A DNA stretch of 64,000 nt from an uncultured Candidatus Saccharibacteria bacterium (GTDB lineage: Bacteria > Patescibacteriota > Minisyncoccia > Phycocordibacterales > UBA9973), in NCBI GenBank assembly GCA_964361705.1, contig CAYIBP010000003.1:5606-69605 (forward strand). The letters are read 5' to 3'. Positions 30,271-37,711 of the stretch are shown in pieces. How positions within the stretch are numbered: position 1 is the stretch's first letter; each line of letters opens with the position of its first letter. The notes beneath the pieces are model-generated. The model did not search any database, had not been told where the DNA came from, and worked only from the letters and a program-made list of their open reading frames with translations. A program made the translations under genes and the position numbers.

Positions 30271-32019
30271 ATGGAAAAAGAAAATTTAGAACACAAAAGA
30301 CATTCGTTAGCGCATTTGTTATCAGCAGCAGTTTTGGAACTTTACCCCGATACAAAAAACACTATCGGTCCTGCTATTGATGATGGTTTCTATTATGATT
30401 TTGAATTCTCTGAACCTATATCAGACAAAGATCTGCCAAATATAGAGAAAAAAATGCGCGCGCTTTTGAAATCTTGGAAAGAATTTAAAAGTGAAGAAAA
30501 AACAAAAGAAGAAGCGCAAGAATATTTCAAAAATAATCCATACAAACTAGAACTAATAAACGAGATAAAAGATAAGAGTGAAAAAATTACTTTTTATACT
30601 TGTGGCAATTTTACTGATTTATGCCGAGGTGGACACAGTGAAAACCCTAGCAGAGATATCGCCCCAGACTCTTTCAAACTTGATCGCGTAGCAGGCGCAT
30701 ACTGGCGTGGAGATGAAAAAAACAAAATGCTCACTCGCATATATGGATTAGCTTTTGAAACGAAAGACGAGCTTGAAAAATATATTTATCAAAGAGAAGA
30801 AGCAAAGAAAAGAGACCATAGAAAGCTCGGCAAAGAACTTGAACTCTTTACAAACATAGAAGAAATCGGCCCTGGGCTTCCCCTCTTTTATCCAAATGGC
30901 ACAATATTGCGTAGAACGATTGAGAACTTTATACAAGAAACTCAGGAAGCGCTGGGCTACGTTCCTATCTGGATACCTCATATAACAAAAGAAAATTTGT
31001 ATAAAATCTCTGGGCACTTGGATAAATATGATGCCATGTATTCACCTATGAAAATAGATGATGATAATTATTATCTAAAACCCATGAATTGTCCGCATTT
31101 CATGATGCTATACAAGACAAAACCACATTCATACAAAGAAATGCCTGTGCGATACACTTGCACGACGACAAATTACCGTTACGAAAAATCAGGTGAACTA
31201 TCTGGTCTCACTCGAGTGCGCGCGCTGACTCAGGACGACTGTCATGTATTTTGCGAACCAGAAAAAATAAAAGAGGAAATAAATTTAATTCTAAAAATGA
31301 TAGAAAAAGTTTATTCTGCATTTGGACTCAAAGATTTCTATGTACGCATATCGCTCCGTGATTCAAAAGACAAAAGCAAATATTTGGGTTCCGATAAAGT
31401 ATGGGAAACGGCAGAAAACGCTCTCCGTGAGATAGTGAAAGCTACAGGTTGGAAATACGAAGAAGCCGAAAATGAGGCCGCTTTCTACGGACCAAAATTA
31501 GACTTTATGTTCAAGGACGCCATAGGTCGTGAGTGGCAACTCTCCACCGTACAACTAGACTTTAATCTGCCAGAAAGATTTGAATTGGAGTATACAAACA
31601 ACAACGGAGAAAAGGTTCGTCCTGTAGTGATACATCGTGCAATTCTCGGATCCACAGAAAGATTTATGGGTATAATGATCGAACATTTTGCTGGTAATTT
31701 CCCTCTTTGGCTTTCGCCTACCCAAGTCGCCATAGTACCTGTACGCGAAAACCACGACGAAGAAGCACTCAAACTTGCAGACAGCTTGAAAGCAGAAAAT
31801 TTGCGCGTAGAAATATATCAATCCGCATCAGATAGTCTTGGCAAGCGCATCCATAAAGCAAAAGATATGTTGATACCTTATGTCATAGTCCTTGGTGACA
31901 AAGAAGTCTCCTCCCAAAAACTCACAATAGAAAAGAGAGATGGCACAAAGATAGAAAATATTTCTGCTTTAGAATTTATAGAGAGTTTAAAGAGGGGAAC
32001 AGAAAAAAAAGACCTTTGA
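30271..32019 (+). CDS. thrS: threonine--tRNA ligase (no TGS domain)
   Basis: RHSLAH, DLCRGGH, KRDHRKLG, KPMNCP, FYGPKLD, HRAILGS. Confidence 0.98.
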   Translation: MEKENLEHKRHSLAHLLSAAVLELYPDTKNTIGPAIDDGFYYDFEFSEPISDKDLPNIEKKMRALLKSWKEFKSEEKTKEEAQEYFKNNPYKLELINEIKDKSEKITFYTCGNFTDLCRGGHSENPSRDIAPDSFKLDRVAGAYWRGDEKNKMLTRIYGLAFETKDELEKYIYQREEAKKRDHRKLGKELELFTNIEEIGPGLPLFYPNGTILRRTIENFIQETQEALGYVPIWIPHITKENLYKISGHLDKYDAMYSPMKIDDDNYYLKPMNCPHFMMLYKTKPHSYKEMPVRYTCTTTNYRYEKSGELSGLTRVRALTQDDCHVFCEPEKIKEEINLILKMIEKVYSAFGLKDFYVRISLRDSKDKSKYLGSDKVWETAENALREIVKATGWKYEEAENEAAFYGPKLDFMFKDAIGREWQLSTVQLDFNLPERFELEYTNNNGEKVRPVVIHRAILGSTERFMGIMIEHFAGNFPLWLSPTQVAIVPVRENHDEEALKLADSLKAENLRVEIYQSASDSLGKRIHKAKDMLIPYVIVLGDKEVSSQKLTIEKRDGTKIENISALEFIESLKRGTEKKDL

Positions 32020-32055
32020 TTCATATGTTTTCAACATCTCGTAATTTAAAATACT

Positions 32056-32199
32056 CTAGTTTGTATTTTCTCTTGCGTCTTTTTCGGCTTTTTCCCTTAA
32101 CATATCCTCATATGCTTTTTGTTTTGCTGCTGCATCTTCCTCGGCCTTTTTTAACGCCTCATCATCTTCTGCTGGTGTTGTTGCATGTTCTCTATTCAT
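32056..32199 (-). CDS. 47-aa charged helical small protein (not in ORF track)
   Basis: MNREHATTPAEDDEALKKAEEDAAAKQKAYEDMLREKAEKDARENTN; ATG 18 nt after the gyrB stop; coding-like purine bias. Confidence 0.6.
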   Translation of the reverse strand: MNREHATTPAEDDEALKKAEEDAAAKQKAYEDMLREKAEKDARENTN

Positions 32200-32217
32200 A
32201 AATGGATTGACTCTTAT

Positions 32218-34272
32218 TTATATATCTATCTCCGCAAGTTTTGCATTGGACTGGATGAAAGACTTGCGGGGAGGGACTTCGCTACCCATCAATATCTCGA
32301 AGACTTTGTTGGCTTCTTCGGCATCTTCGATCTTGACCTTTTTTAATACACGATTCTTCGGGTCCATCGTGGTCTCCCAGAGTTCTTCGGGATTCATTTC
32401 TCCGAGACCTTTGTAACGTTGGATGTGGAATTTGTTTGATTTTGCTTTGGCTTCTTCCTGTTCTTCTTTTCCTTCATTACTCTCTTGAGATACATCAGTC
32501 TCTACTTCTTGGATCTCTGCGACGTCCATGTCTTTGCCAATAATTTTTATTTTTTCTTCATCGGAATACGCATAGTTTATCTCTTTGCCTTTCTTGATCT
32601 TGTACAATGGTGGCTGGGCTATGTATATGTAGCCGGCTTCTATCACTGCTCTAAAATATCTGTAAAAGAGGGTAAGTAAAAGCGTGCGTATATGAGCGCC
32701 GTCCACATCGGCATCTGTCGCTATGATGATCTTGTGATAACGTATTTTAGAAATATCAAAAGTATCTCCAATAGATGTGCCCATGGCTATCACCAATGCG
32801 CGGATTTCTTTTGAATCAAGCATCTTGTCTATGCGAGCTCGTTCAACATTTAAAATTTTTCCGCGAAGTGGCAGTATGGCCTGCGTCCTGCGATCGCGAC
32901 CTTGCTTGGCAGAGCCTCCTGCGCTATCTCCTTCCACAAGAAATATTTCTGATTCTTCAGCACTCTTGCTCTGACAATCTGCGAGCTTGCCGGGTAATGT
33001 CATACCCTCGAGCGCGCCTTTACGGAGCACGGAATCTTTGGCGGCTTTAGCGGCTTTGCGAGCTTTGAGAGCGAGTATGGATTTATTTATTATCGCTTTT
33101 GCTTCATCTGGATTTTCTTCCAAGAAACTGGCAAAAGCTTCACCAAAAACTGTCGCCACTGCGCCTTGGGCTTCTACGGAGCCGAGCTTAGCTTTGGTCT
33201 GACCTTCAAATTGTATCTCACGGAGTTTTACAGACACTACAGCTGTAAGACCTTCTAGAACATCGTCTCCGGTGAATCCTCCCTCGGACTCCTTCATCAT
33301 TTCATTTTTCTTGCAATAAGTATTGAGAGTGCGAGTGAGCGCAGTCTTGAATCCGGTGATATGTGTACCACCCTCTGCTGTATGAATATTGTTTGCAAAA
33401 GGAACTATTCTATCTGCTATGTCATCCACATATTGGAGTGCCACTTCGACGCCAACTCCATCAACTTCTTTTTCGACATAAAAAATATTTTTATGGAGTG
33501 GTTTTTGGAATTTATTGTAATATTTGATGAGAGATACAAGCCCCCCCTCGAAATAAAAAGAGATAGAAGGCAATTCGAGCTCTAATTCTCTAAAATAAAA
33601 AAAATCACCATCACCTATTTTGTCTTCATAACCACGAGCATCTATAATTAAAATCTTCAAACCCTTTACTAAATACGCCTGCTGACGAATATGACTCACA
33701 ACTGTATTCCATTCAAATTTAATATCTTTAAAAATTTCTATGTCTGGCTCAAATGTAACTATGGTGCCATGAAATTTAGAAGAACCGACTTTTTTCACTG
33801 CACCCTTTTTCTTGCCCTGAGAATATTCTTGCGCATATTTTCCGCCATCTCTATGAACCTCTACTTTACAATAAATAGAAAGGGCATTCACAACAGATGC
33901 ACCCACACCGTGTAGCCCCCCAGAAACTTTATAACCACTCTCTTCTCCGCCAAATTTTCCTCCAGCGTGAAGCGTGGTCATCACTGTCTCAAGCGCGGAG
34001 ACTTTTGTTTTCTTATGAATATCTACAGGAATACCTCGGCCATTGTCAGCCACACGGATACGATTGCCAGGTAAAAGTACAATCTCAATATCATTACAAA
34101 AACCTCCCATTGCTTCATCGCGTGAATTATCAAAAATCTCCCATATCAGGTGATGCAAGCCATCTATGCCCGTAGTACCGATATACATCCCAGGACGCTT
34201 TCTGACAGGCTCTAGGCCCTCTAAAACCGATATACTTTCAGCTCCGTATTTAGACTCTTTTTCCTTTGACAT
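32218..34272 (-). CDS. gyrB: DNA gyrase subunit B
   Basis: VRKRPGMYIG, EGDSAGG, PLRGKILN, DADVDG, QRYKGLGEMN. Confidence 0.97.
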   Translation of the reverse strand: MSKEKESKYGAESISVLEGLEPVRKRPGMYIGTTGIDGLHHLIWEIFDNSRDEAMGGFCNDIEIVLLPGNRIRVADNGRGIPVDIHKKTKVSALETVMTTLHAGGKFGGEESGYKVSGGLHGVGASVVNALSIYCKVEVHRDGGKYAQEYSQGKKKGAVKKVGSSKFHGTIVTFEPDIEIFKDIKFEWNTVVSHIRQQAYLVKGLKILIIDARGYEDKIGDGDFFYFRELELELPSISFYFEGGLVSLIKYYNKFQKPLHKNIFYVEKEVDGVGVEVALQYVDDIADRIVPFANNIHTAEGGTHITGFKTALTRTLNTYCKKNEMMKESEGGFTGDDVLEGLTAVVSVKLREIQFEGQTKAKLGSVEAQGAVATVFGEAFASFLEENPDEAKAIINKSILALKARKAAKAAKDSVLRKGALEGMTLPGKLADCQSKSAEESEIFLVEGDSAGGSAKQGRDRRTQAILPLRGKILNVERARIDKMLDSKEIRALVIAMGTSIGDTFDISKIRYHKIIIATDADVDGAHIRTLLLTLFYRYFRAVIEAGYIYIAQPPLYKIKKGKEINYAYSDEEKIKIIGKDMDVAEIQEVETDVSQESNEGKEEQEEAKAKSNKFHIQRYKGLGEMNPEELWETTMDPKNRVLKKVKIEDAEEANKVFEILMGSEVPPRKSFIQSNAKLAEIDI

Positions 34273-34338
34273 ACAGGGTATTATAGCAGAAAAATAAACC
34301 GTTTGCTAGTGAAAAAATTTTGAAATATGAGATATAAT

Positions 34339-34373
34339 AAAAAAAATAGTCTGCGAATGAAAATTCGCAGACT
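34339..34373 (-). terminator. intrinsic terminator after the tRNA-like element
   Basis: AGTCTGCGAAT-tttc-ATTCGCAGACT then ATTTTTTTT on the minus strand. Confidence 0.8.
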
Positions 34374-34377
34374 TTCG

Positions 34378-34453
34378 TGACGGTGACGGGATTCGAACCC
34401 GTGGACACTGCTTCTCAGGCAGTTGGCGATCCTATCGCCTCGTCTCCACCGTC
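34378..34453 (-). tRNA. non-canonical tRNA or tRNA-like RNA, anticodon GAG (Leu)
   Basis: Acceptor GACGGTG/CACCGTC+A, T arm ACGGG-TTCGAAT-CCCGT, anticodon arm ACTGC-CTGAGAA-GCAGT; 4-nt variable loop, atypical D region, no encoded CCA. Confidence 0.7.
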
Positions 34454-34454
34454 A

Positions 34455-34687
34455 TGAACATCGCATTTGATACGACAAAGTCATATGAAATGCGATATCC
34501 ACGATAGATAAAGACAAAAAAATTGGGGGTGGATTGAAAAAATTTTCGCGCCAACCCCCTCATTTTCTCTATCCTTATTTGCCTTTTCGTTTAACCAACT
34601 CCCTTCTAAAGAGGAATTGGGGGGAAGGCATTCAGATAGAGAGCAGAAAACACAAAACCTTTTATTTATGTCAATTGCTCTCTATCC
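34455..34687 (-). ncRNA. array of four long hairpins, putative structured RNA
   Basis: Four adjacent inverted repeats whose imperfect pairs are largely G-U on the minus strand; no ORF of 60 aa or more on that strand. Confidence 0.55.
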
Positions 34688-34716
34688 GAAAATCTTTGCC
34701 AAAGAACAAAATCTAG

Positions 34717-34756
34717 TAAAAACTAAACTAGCCCTATCCTTGCGGAGAGGGCTAGT
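34717..34756 (-). terminator. attenuator-like terminator
   Basis: ACTAGCCCTCTCC-gcaa-GGATAGGGCTAGT followed by TTAGTTTTT. Confidence 0.65.
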
Positions 34757-34792
34757 GTTTGAGTTGTATATTTTCCCTTATTTCCTTCTTAG

Positions 34793-34888
34793 TTATACAG
34801 CGCAAGCATCAGACCTCTCCTTCCCGTGTTGGGTGAGGATAGTAATAAAGAGGACGACGTATTTGCTTGCAAACTGTAAAGTTTTCAC
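34793..34888 (-). CDS. putative 31-aa attenuator leader peptide
   Basis: GTG start 7 nt after a -10 box; MKTLQFASKYVVLFITILTQHGKERSDACAV; overlaps alternative helices. Confidence 0.5.
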   Translation of the reverse strand: MKTLQFASKYVVLFITILTQHGKERSDACAV

Positions 34889-34895
34889 AGCTACA

Positions 34896-34940
34896 AATAT
34901 ACCAAAATCGAAAAAAACCTGCAAGCGCAAGTGTGGATAA
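34896..34940 (-). promoter_or_regulatory. DnaA box plus sigma70 promoter
   Basis: TTATCCACA (34940-34932), TTGCAG (34924-34919), 17-nt spacer, TG-G-TATATT (34901-34896). Confidence 0.65.
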
Positions 34941-34981
34941 CTCCCAAATTTTAAGGAGCAAAGCGACTATAAAACTTGAGG

Positions 34982-35000
34982 ATCCCGCCAAAGGCGGGAT
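34982..35000. repeat. short GC-rich palindrome
   Basis: ATCCCGCC-aaa-GGCGGGAT. Confidence 0.6.
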
Positions 35001-35017
35001 AAAAATAGAGATTTGGG

Positions 35018-35115
35018 CAAAATTTGGCCCTCAGCATGAAGCTTGCTGAGGGCCACGATAACTCCGGCTAGGCTATCCCACATAGGGACCTCCGAGATTA
35101 AGTTATTTTCATCTT
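35018..35115 (-). ncRNA. candidate small RNA or leader downstream of pheT
   Basis: TG-T-TATAAT (35129-35121), bulged stem closed by ATAACT/AGTTAT, then a perfect 12-bp hairpin TGGCCCTCAGCA/TGCTGAGGGCCA plus AATTTT. Confidence 0.4.
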
Positions 35116-35146
35116 CCAAGATTATAACATTTACAGACAAATTAGT

Positions 35147-36952
35147 CTACCTCACAGACCAGCTGGACTGTGAATTCAACTTTTCGGTGATTTTGTTTAT
35201 TATGGTGTTTATTTCTTCGTCAGATAAAGTGCGTTCGTAAGATTGGAAAATGACCTTGAAAGCATAGGATACTTTGCCGTCTTTCTTAAATTCATCAAAA
35301 AGTTTCGGGCCCAACACTACCATATCTCCTATATTTTCTTTTATAATCTTTTCCACATCTGCACTCGAAATAATCTCAGGCACCCACACTGCTATATCAC
35401 GCGCAATGAATGGGTAGAGTGACCACATTTTAAATTTAGAATTCTCACCTATATTCTTTTCTGAAGAGACTTGAAAAAAAGTACCAGGCGAAGTTTCTGG
35501 CATACTTTTACAAAACTCTTCCAAGCTCATTTCTTTCACTTCTTTTTTATCTGCAATACAAACATGTATCTCCTCACCTTCTTTTTTAAATACTGTTCCT
35601 ATTTCAAATATTTTTATTTCGTCCATTTCTAGAAGCGGAGAATTAAGCTGATTTAGTTTTAGGCTTTCTTTCACGCCATCAGAAAGATTGACCCTCAAGA
35701 ATTTCTTATCCGAAGCAGAAGCTAAAACTTCTACATCCCCTTTATTTCTAAAAACATAAGTCATCACCTCGCTGTAACCATCATTTAAAAGTTTTTCTCT
35801 AGACCAAGATATTTTTGAGAATATATCATTCGCTTGTGGCTTGAAATCAATCTTGGGTAATTTCGGCACAATCTTGTCATAACCCATAATTCGAGCTACT
35901 TCTTCAGCTATATCTTCCTCCATTGAAAAATCGAGACGCATAGGGGGAACATTAATCTCAATTATCCCATCTTCCTTTTCCTCAAAATGTATATTGTACC
36001 TGTCTAAAATGCTTTTCATTTCTTCGCTAGTCACATCCACACCCAACACCTTAGAAACTTTATGCAAAGAAAAAGAAAGTTTACGATCTTCTTGTTTTAC
36101 GGGATACTCATCCACAATATCTTCAAAAACTGCTTCTGGACATATCTCCATTATGAGACCCGAGAGTTCTTTCATACCATAAGATACGAGCTCGGGTGAT
36201 AAATCATTTTCAAATCTTTTCTTTGAATCAGTCTGAATATTTGCAGATTGAGCGGTCTTACGCACAGATACTGGATCAAAATTTGCTACTTCGATGATTA
36301 TATTTTTTGTATTACTGTCCACTTCTGCGGATTTACCACCTTTTACACCAGCTATGGCTAAAATATTAGTATTGTCCGCTATTACCATGTCTTTGGCAGA
36401 AAGTTTGACTTCTTTATTATCCAAAGCGGTCATCTGTTCGCCATCTCTCGCCTGTCTGACTATGATTCCTCCATCTACTTTATCTAAATCAAAAGCGTGA
36501 GTAGGCTGACCACTGTCGTACATCACAGTATTTGTAGCATCTACTATGTTGTTGATACTTCTCTGTCCTATTGATTCTAAATGTTCTACAACCCAAGCAG
36601 GCGAAGATCCTATTTTTATATTTTTTATTATTCTTCCAGCGTACCTGCGACATTTATCCGTATCTATCTTTATTTTAAGATTAGTTGGATTTGAATTTGG
36701 AATTTTATATAAAGGTTCTGGATTCTTGAATTCTATTTCCAAAAGAGAAGCGAGCTCGCGTGCCACACCCTGATGAGAAAGCAGATCGTGAGCTCTGTTC
36801 GGTAGAATTTTTATATCCAAAACTACATCTCCACCTTCGAGTTTTTCCATGCTTTCAACCTCAGCTAGATGGTATGTAACAATATCAGCGAGTTTGTCTA
36901 CTTCTGGAATCTGTGGAACGTACCATTTTAACCAATTGTAAGATATCTTCAT
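35147..36952 (-). CDS. pheT: phenylalanine--tRNA ligase beta subunit (reduced, 601 aa)
   Basis: MKISYNWL, PNRAHDLLSH, INNIVDATN, HAFDLD, EEVARIMGYD, C-terminal FDX-ACB domain. Confidence 0.95.
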   Translation of the reverse strand: MKISYNWLKWYVPQIPEVDKLADIVTYHLAEVESMEKLEGGDVVLDIKILPNRAHDLLSHQGVARELASLLEIEFKNPEPLYKIPNSNPTNLKIKIDTDKCRRYAGRIIKNIKIGSSPAWVVEHLESIGQRSINNIVDATNTVMYDSGQPTHAFDLDKVDGGIIVRQARDGEQMTALDNKEVKLSAKDMVIADNTNILAIAGVKGGKSAEVDSNTKNIIIEVANFDPVSVRKTAQSANIQTDSKKRFENDLSPELVSYGMKELSGLIMEICPEAVFEDIVDEYPVKQEDRKLSFSLHKVSKVLGVDVTSEEMKSILDRYNIHFEEKEDGIIEINVPPMRLDFSMEEDIAEEVARIMGYDKIVPKLPKIDFKPQANDIFSKISWSREKLLNDGYSEVMTYVFRNKGDVEVLASASDKKFLRVNLSDGVKESLKLNQLNSPLLEMDEIKIFEIGTVFKKEGEEIHVCIADKKEVKEMSLEEFCKSMPETSPGTFFQVSSEKNIGENSKFKMWSLYPFIARDIAVWVPEIISSADVEKIIKENIGDMVVLGPKLFDEFKKDGKVSYAFKVIFQSYERTLSDEEINTIINKITEKLNSQSSWSVR

Positions 36953-36955
36953 AAA

Positions 36956-37678
36956 TTAAAATTGATTAAATCTCAAATCACCTTGATAAAAAAGTCTTAC
37001 ATCGGGTATACCCCATTTGATCATCGCGATTCTTTCAAGTCCCCCACCAAAAGCAAAACCTTGAACTTTTTTCGGATCAAGTCCACAATTTTTTATGACA
37101 TTTGGGTGAAGCATCCCTGCGCCCATCATCTCTAACCAGCGACCTTTCCACTTGGCGAAGACTTCTATTGAGGGTTCAGTAAAAGGAAAAAAGCTTGGAC
37201 GAAATTCTACCTCTACATCGTCGCCCAAGATTTTTTTATAAAAAGTAGAGAGCACTCCCTTTAGATCAGCAATAGAAATATTTTCACCTACCATAGTGCC
37301 GTCTATCTGGAAAAATTGCATTTCATGTGTGGCATCCGTGGCTTCATTTCTGAAAACTTTACCGACAGAAATAAACGCGCAAGGTAATCTGCCTTTCTTT
37401 CCAGCTTGTTCGACAGCACGAGCAGTGACATTGGTGGTATGTGTGCGTAAAACTTTTCTGTCTTCTTTATTTTCACCTTCTTTTGATTTTATCCAAAAAG
37501 TATCCTGCATATCGCGAGCTGGATGGTCTTTGGGAACATTTAATACATCAAAATTGTACCACTCGCTCTCGAGTTCAGGTCCCATAGCTATTTCAAAACC
37601 AAGCTCAGAAAACACGCTATAAGCCTGATTTGCAAGCAAAGAGAGAGGATGAATAGTGGCTTTTTTGTTTTGTTCCAT
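36956..37678 (-). CDS. pheS: phenylalanine--tRNA ligase alpha subunit (no N-terminal coiled coil)
   Basis: HPARDMQDTF, LRTHT, FFPFTEPS, GFAFGGGLER; start at ATG 37678. Confidence 0.95.
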   Translation of the reverse strand: MEQNKKATIHPLSLLANQAYSVFSELGFEIAMGPELESEWYNFDVLNVPKDHPARDMQDTFWIKSKEGENKEDRKVLRTHTTNVTARAVEQAGKKGRLPCAFISVGKVFRNEATDATHEMQFFQIDGTMVGENISIADLKGVLSTFYKKILGDDVEVEFRPSFFPFTEPSIEVFAKWKGRWLEMMGAGMLHPNVIKNCGLDPKKVQGFAFGGGLERIAMIKWGIPDVRLFYQGDLRFNQF

Positions 37679-37711
37679 AAAAATCAAATTATTCTTCAAG
37701 CATGAAGGCCA

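Noticed and set aside
32016-32201. 61-aa plus-strand hydrophobic ORF after thrS
   Set aside because: Looks like the antisense shadow of the 47-aa minus-strand ORF
34378-34700. tmRNA, RNase P, SRP, 6S or Y RNA identity for the structured region
   Set aside because: A complete cloverleaf with anticodon arm and no G3:U70 or tag ORF argues against tmRNA; no RNase P GAGGAAAGUCC or SRP GGAA-loop motif; no Ro60 gene nearby. An Rfam search is still needed
34455-34760. CRISPR array or REP cluster
   Set aside because: The hairpins share no repeated sequence or regular spacing and there are no cas genes
34272-35147. Replication origin next to gyrB
   Set aside because: Only one DnaA box, no box cluster, and no dnaA or dnaN adjacent
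34534-35240. 60-107 aa ORFs listed in the pheT-gyrB gap
   Set aside because: No good starts or motifs; the region is better explained by minus-strand RNA structures
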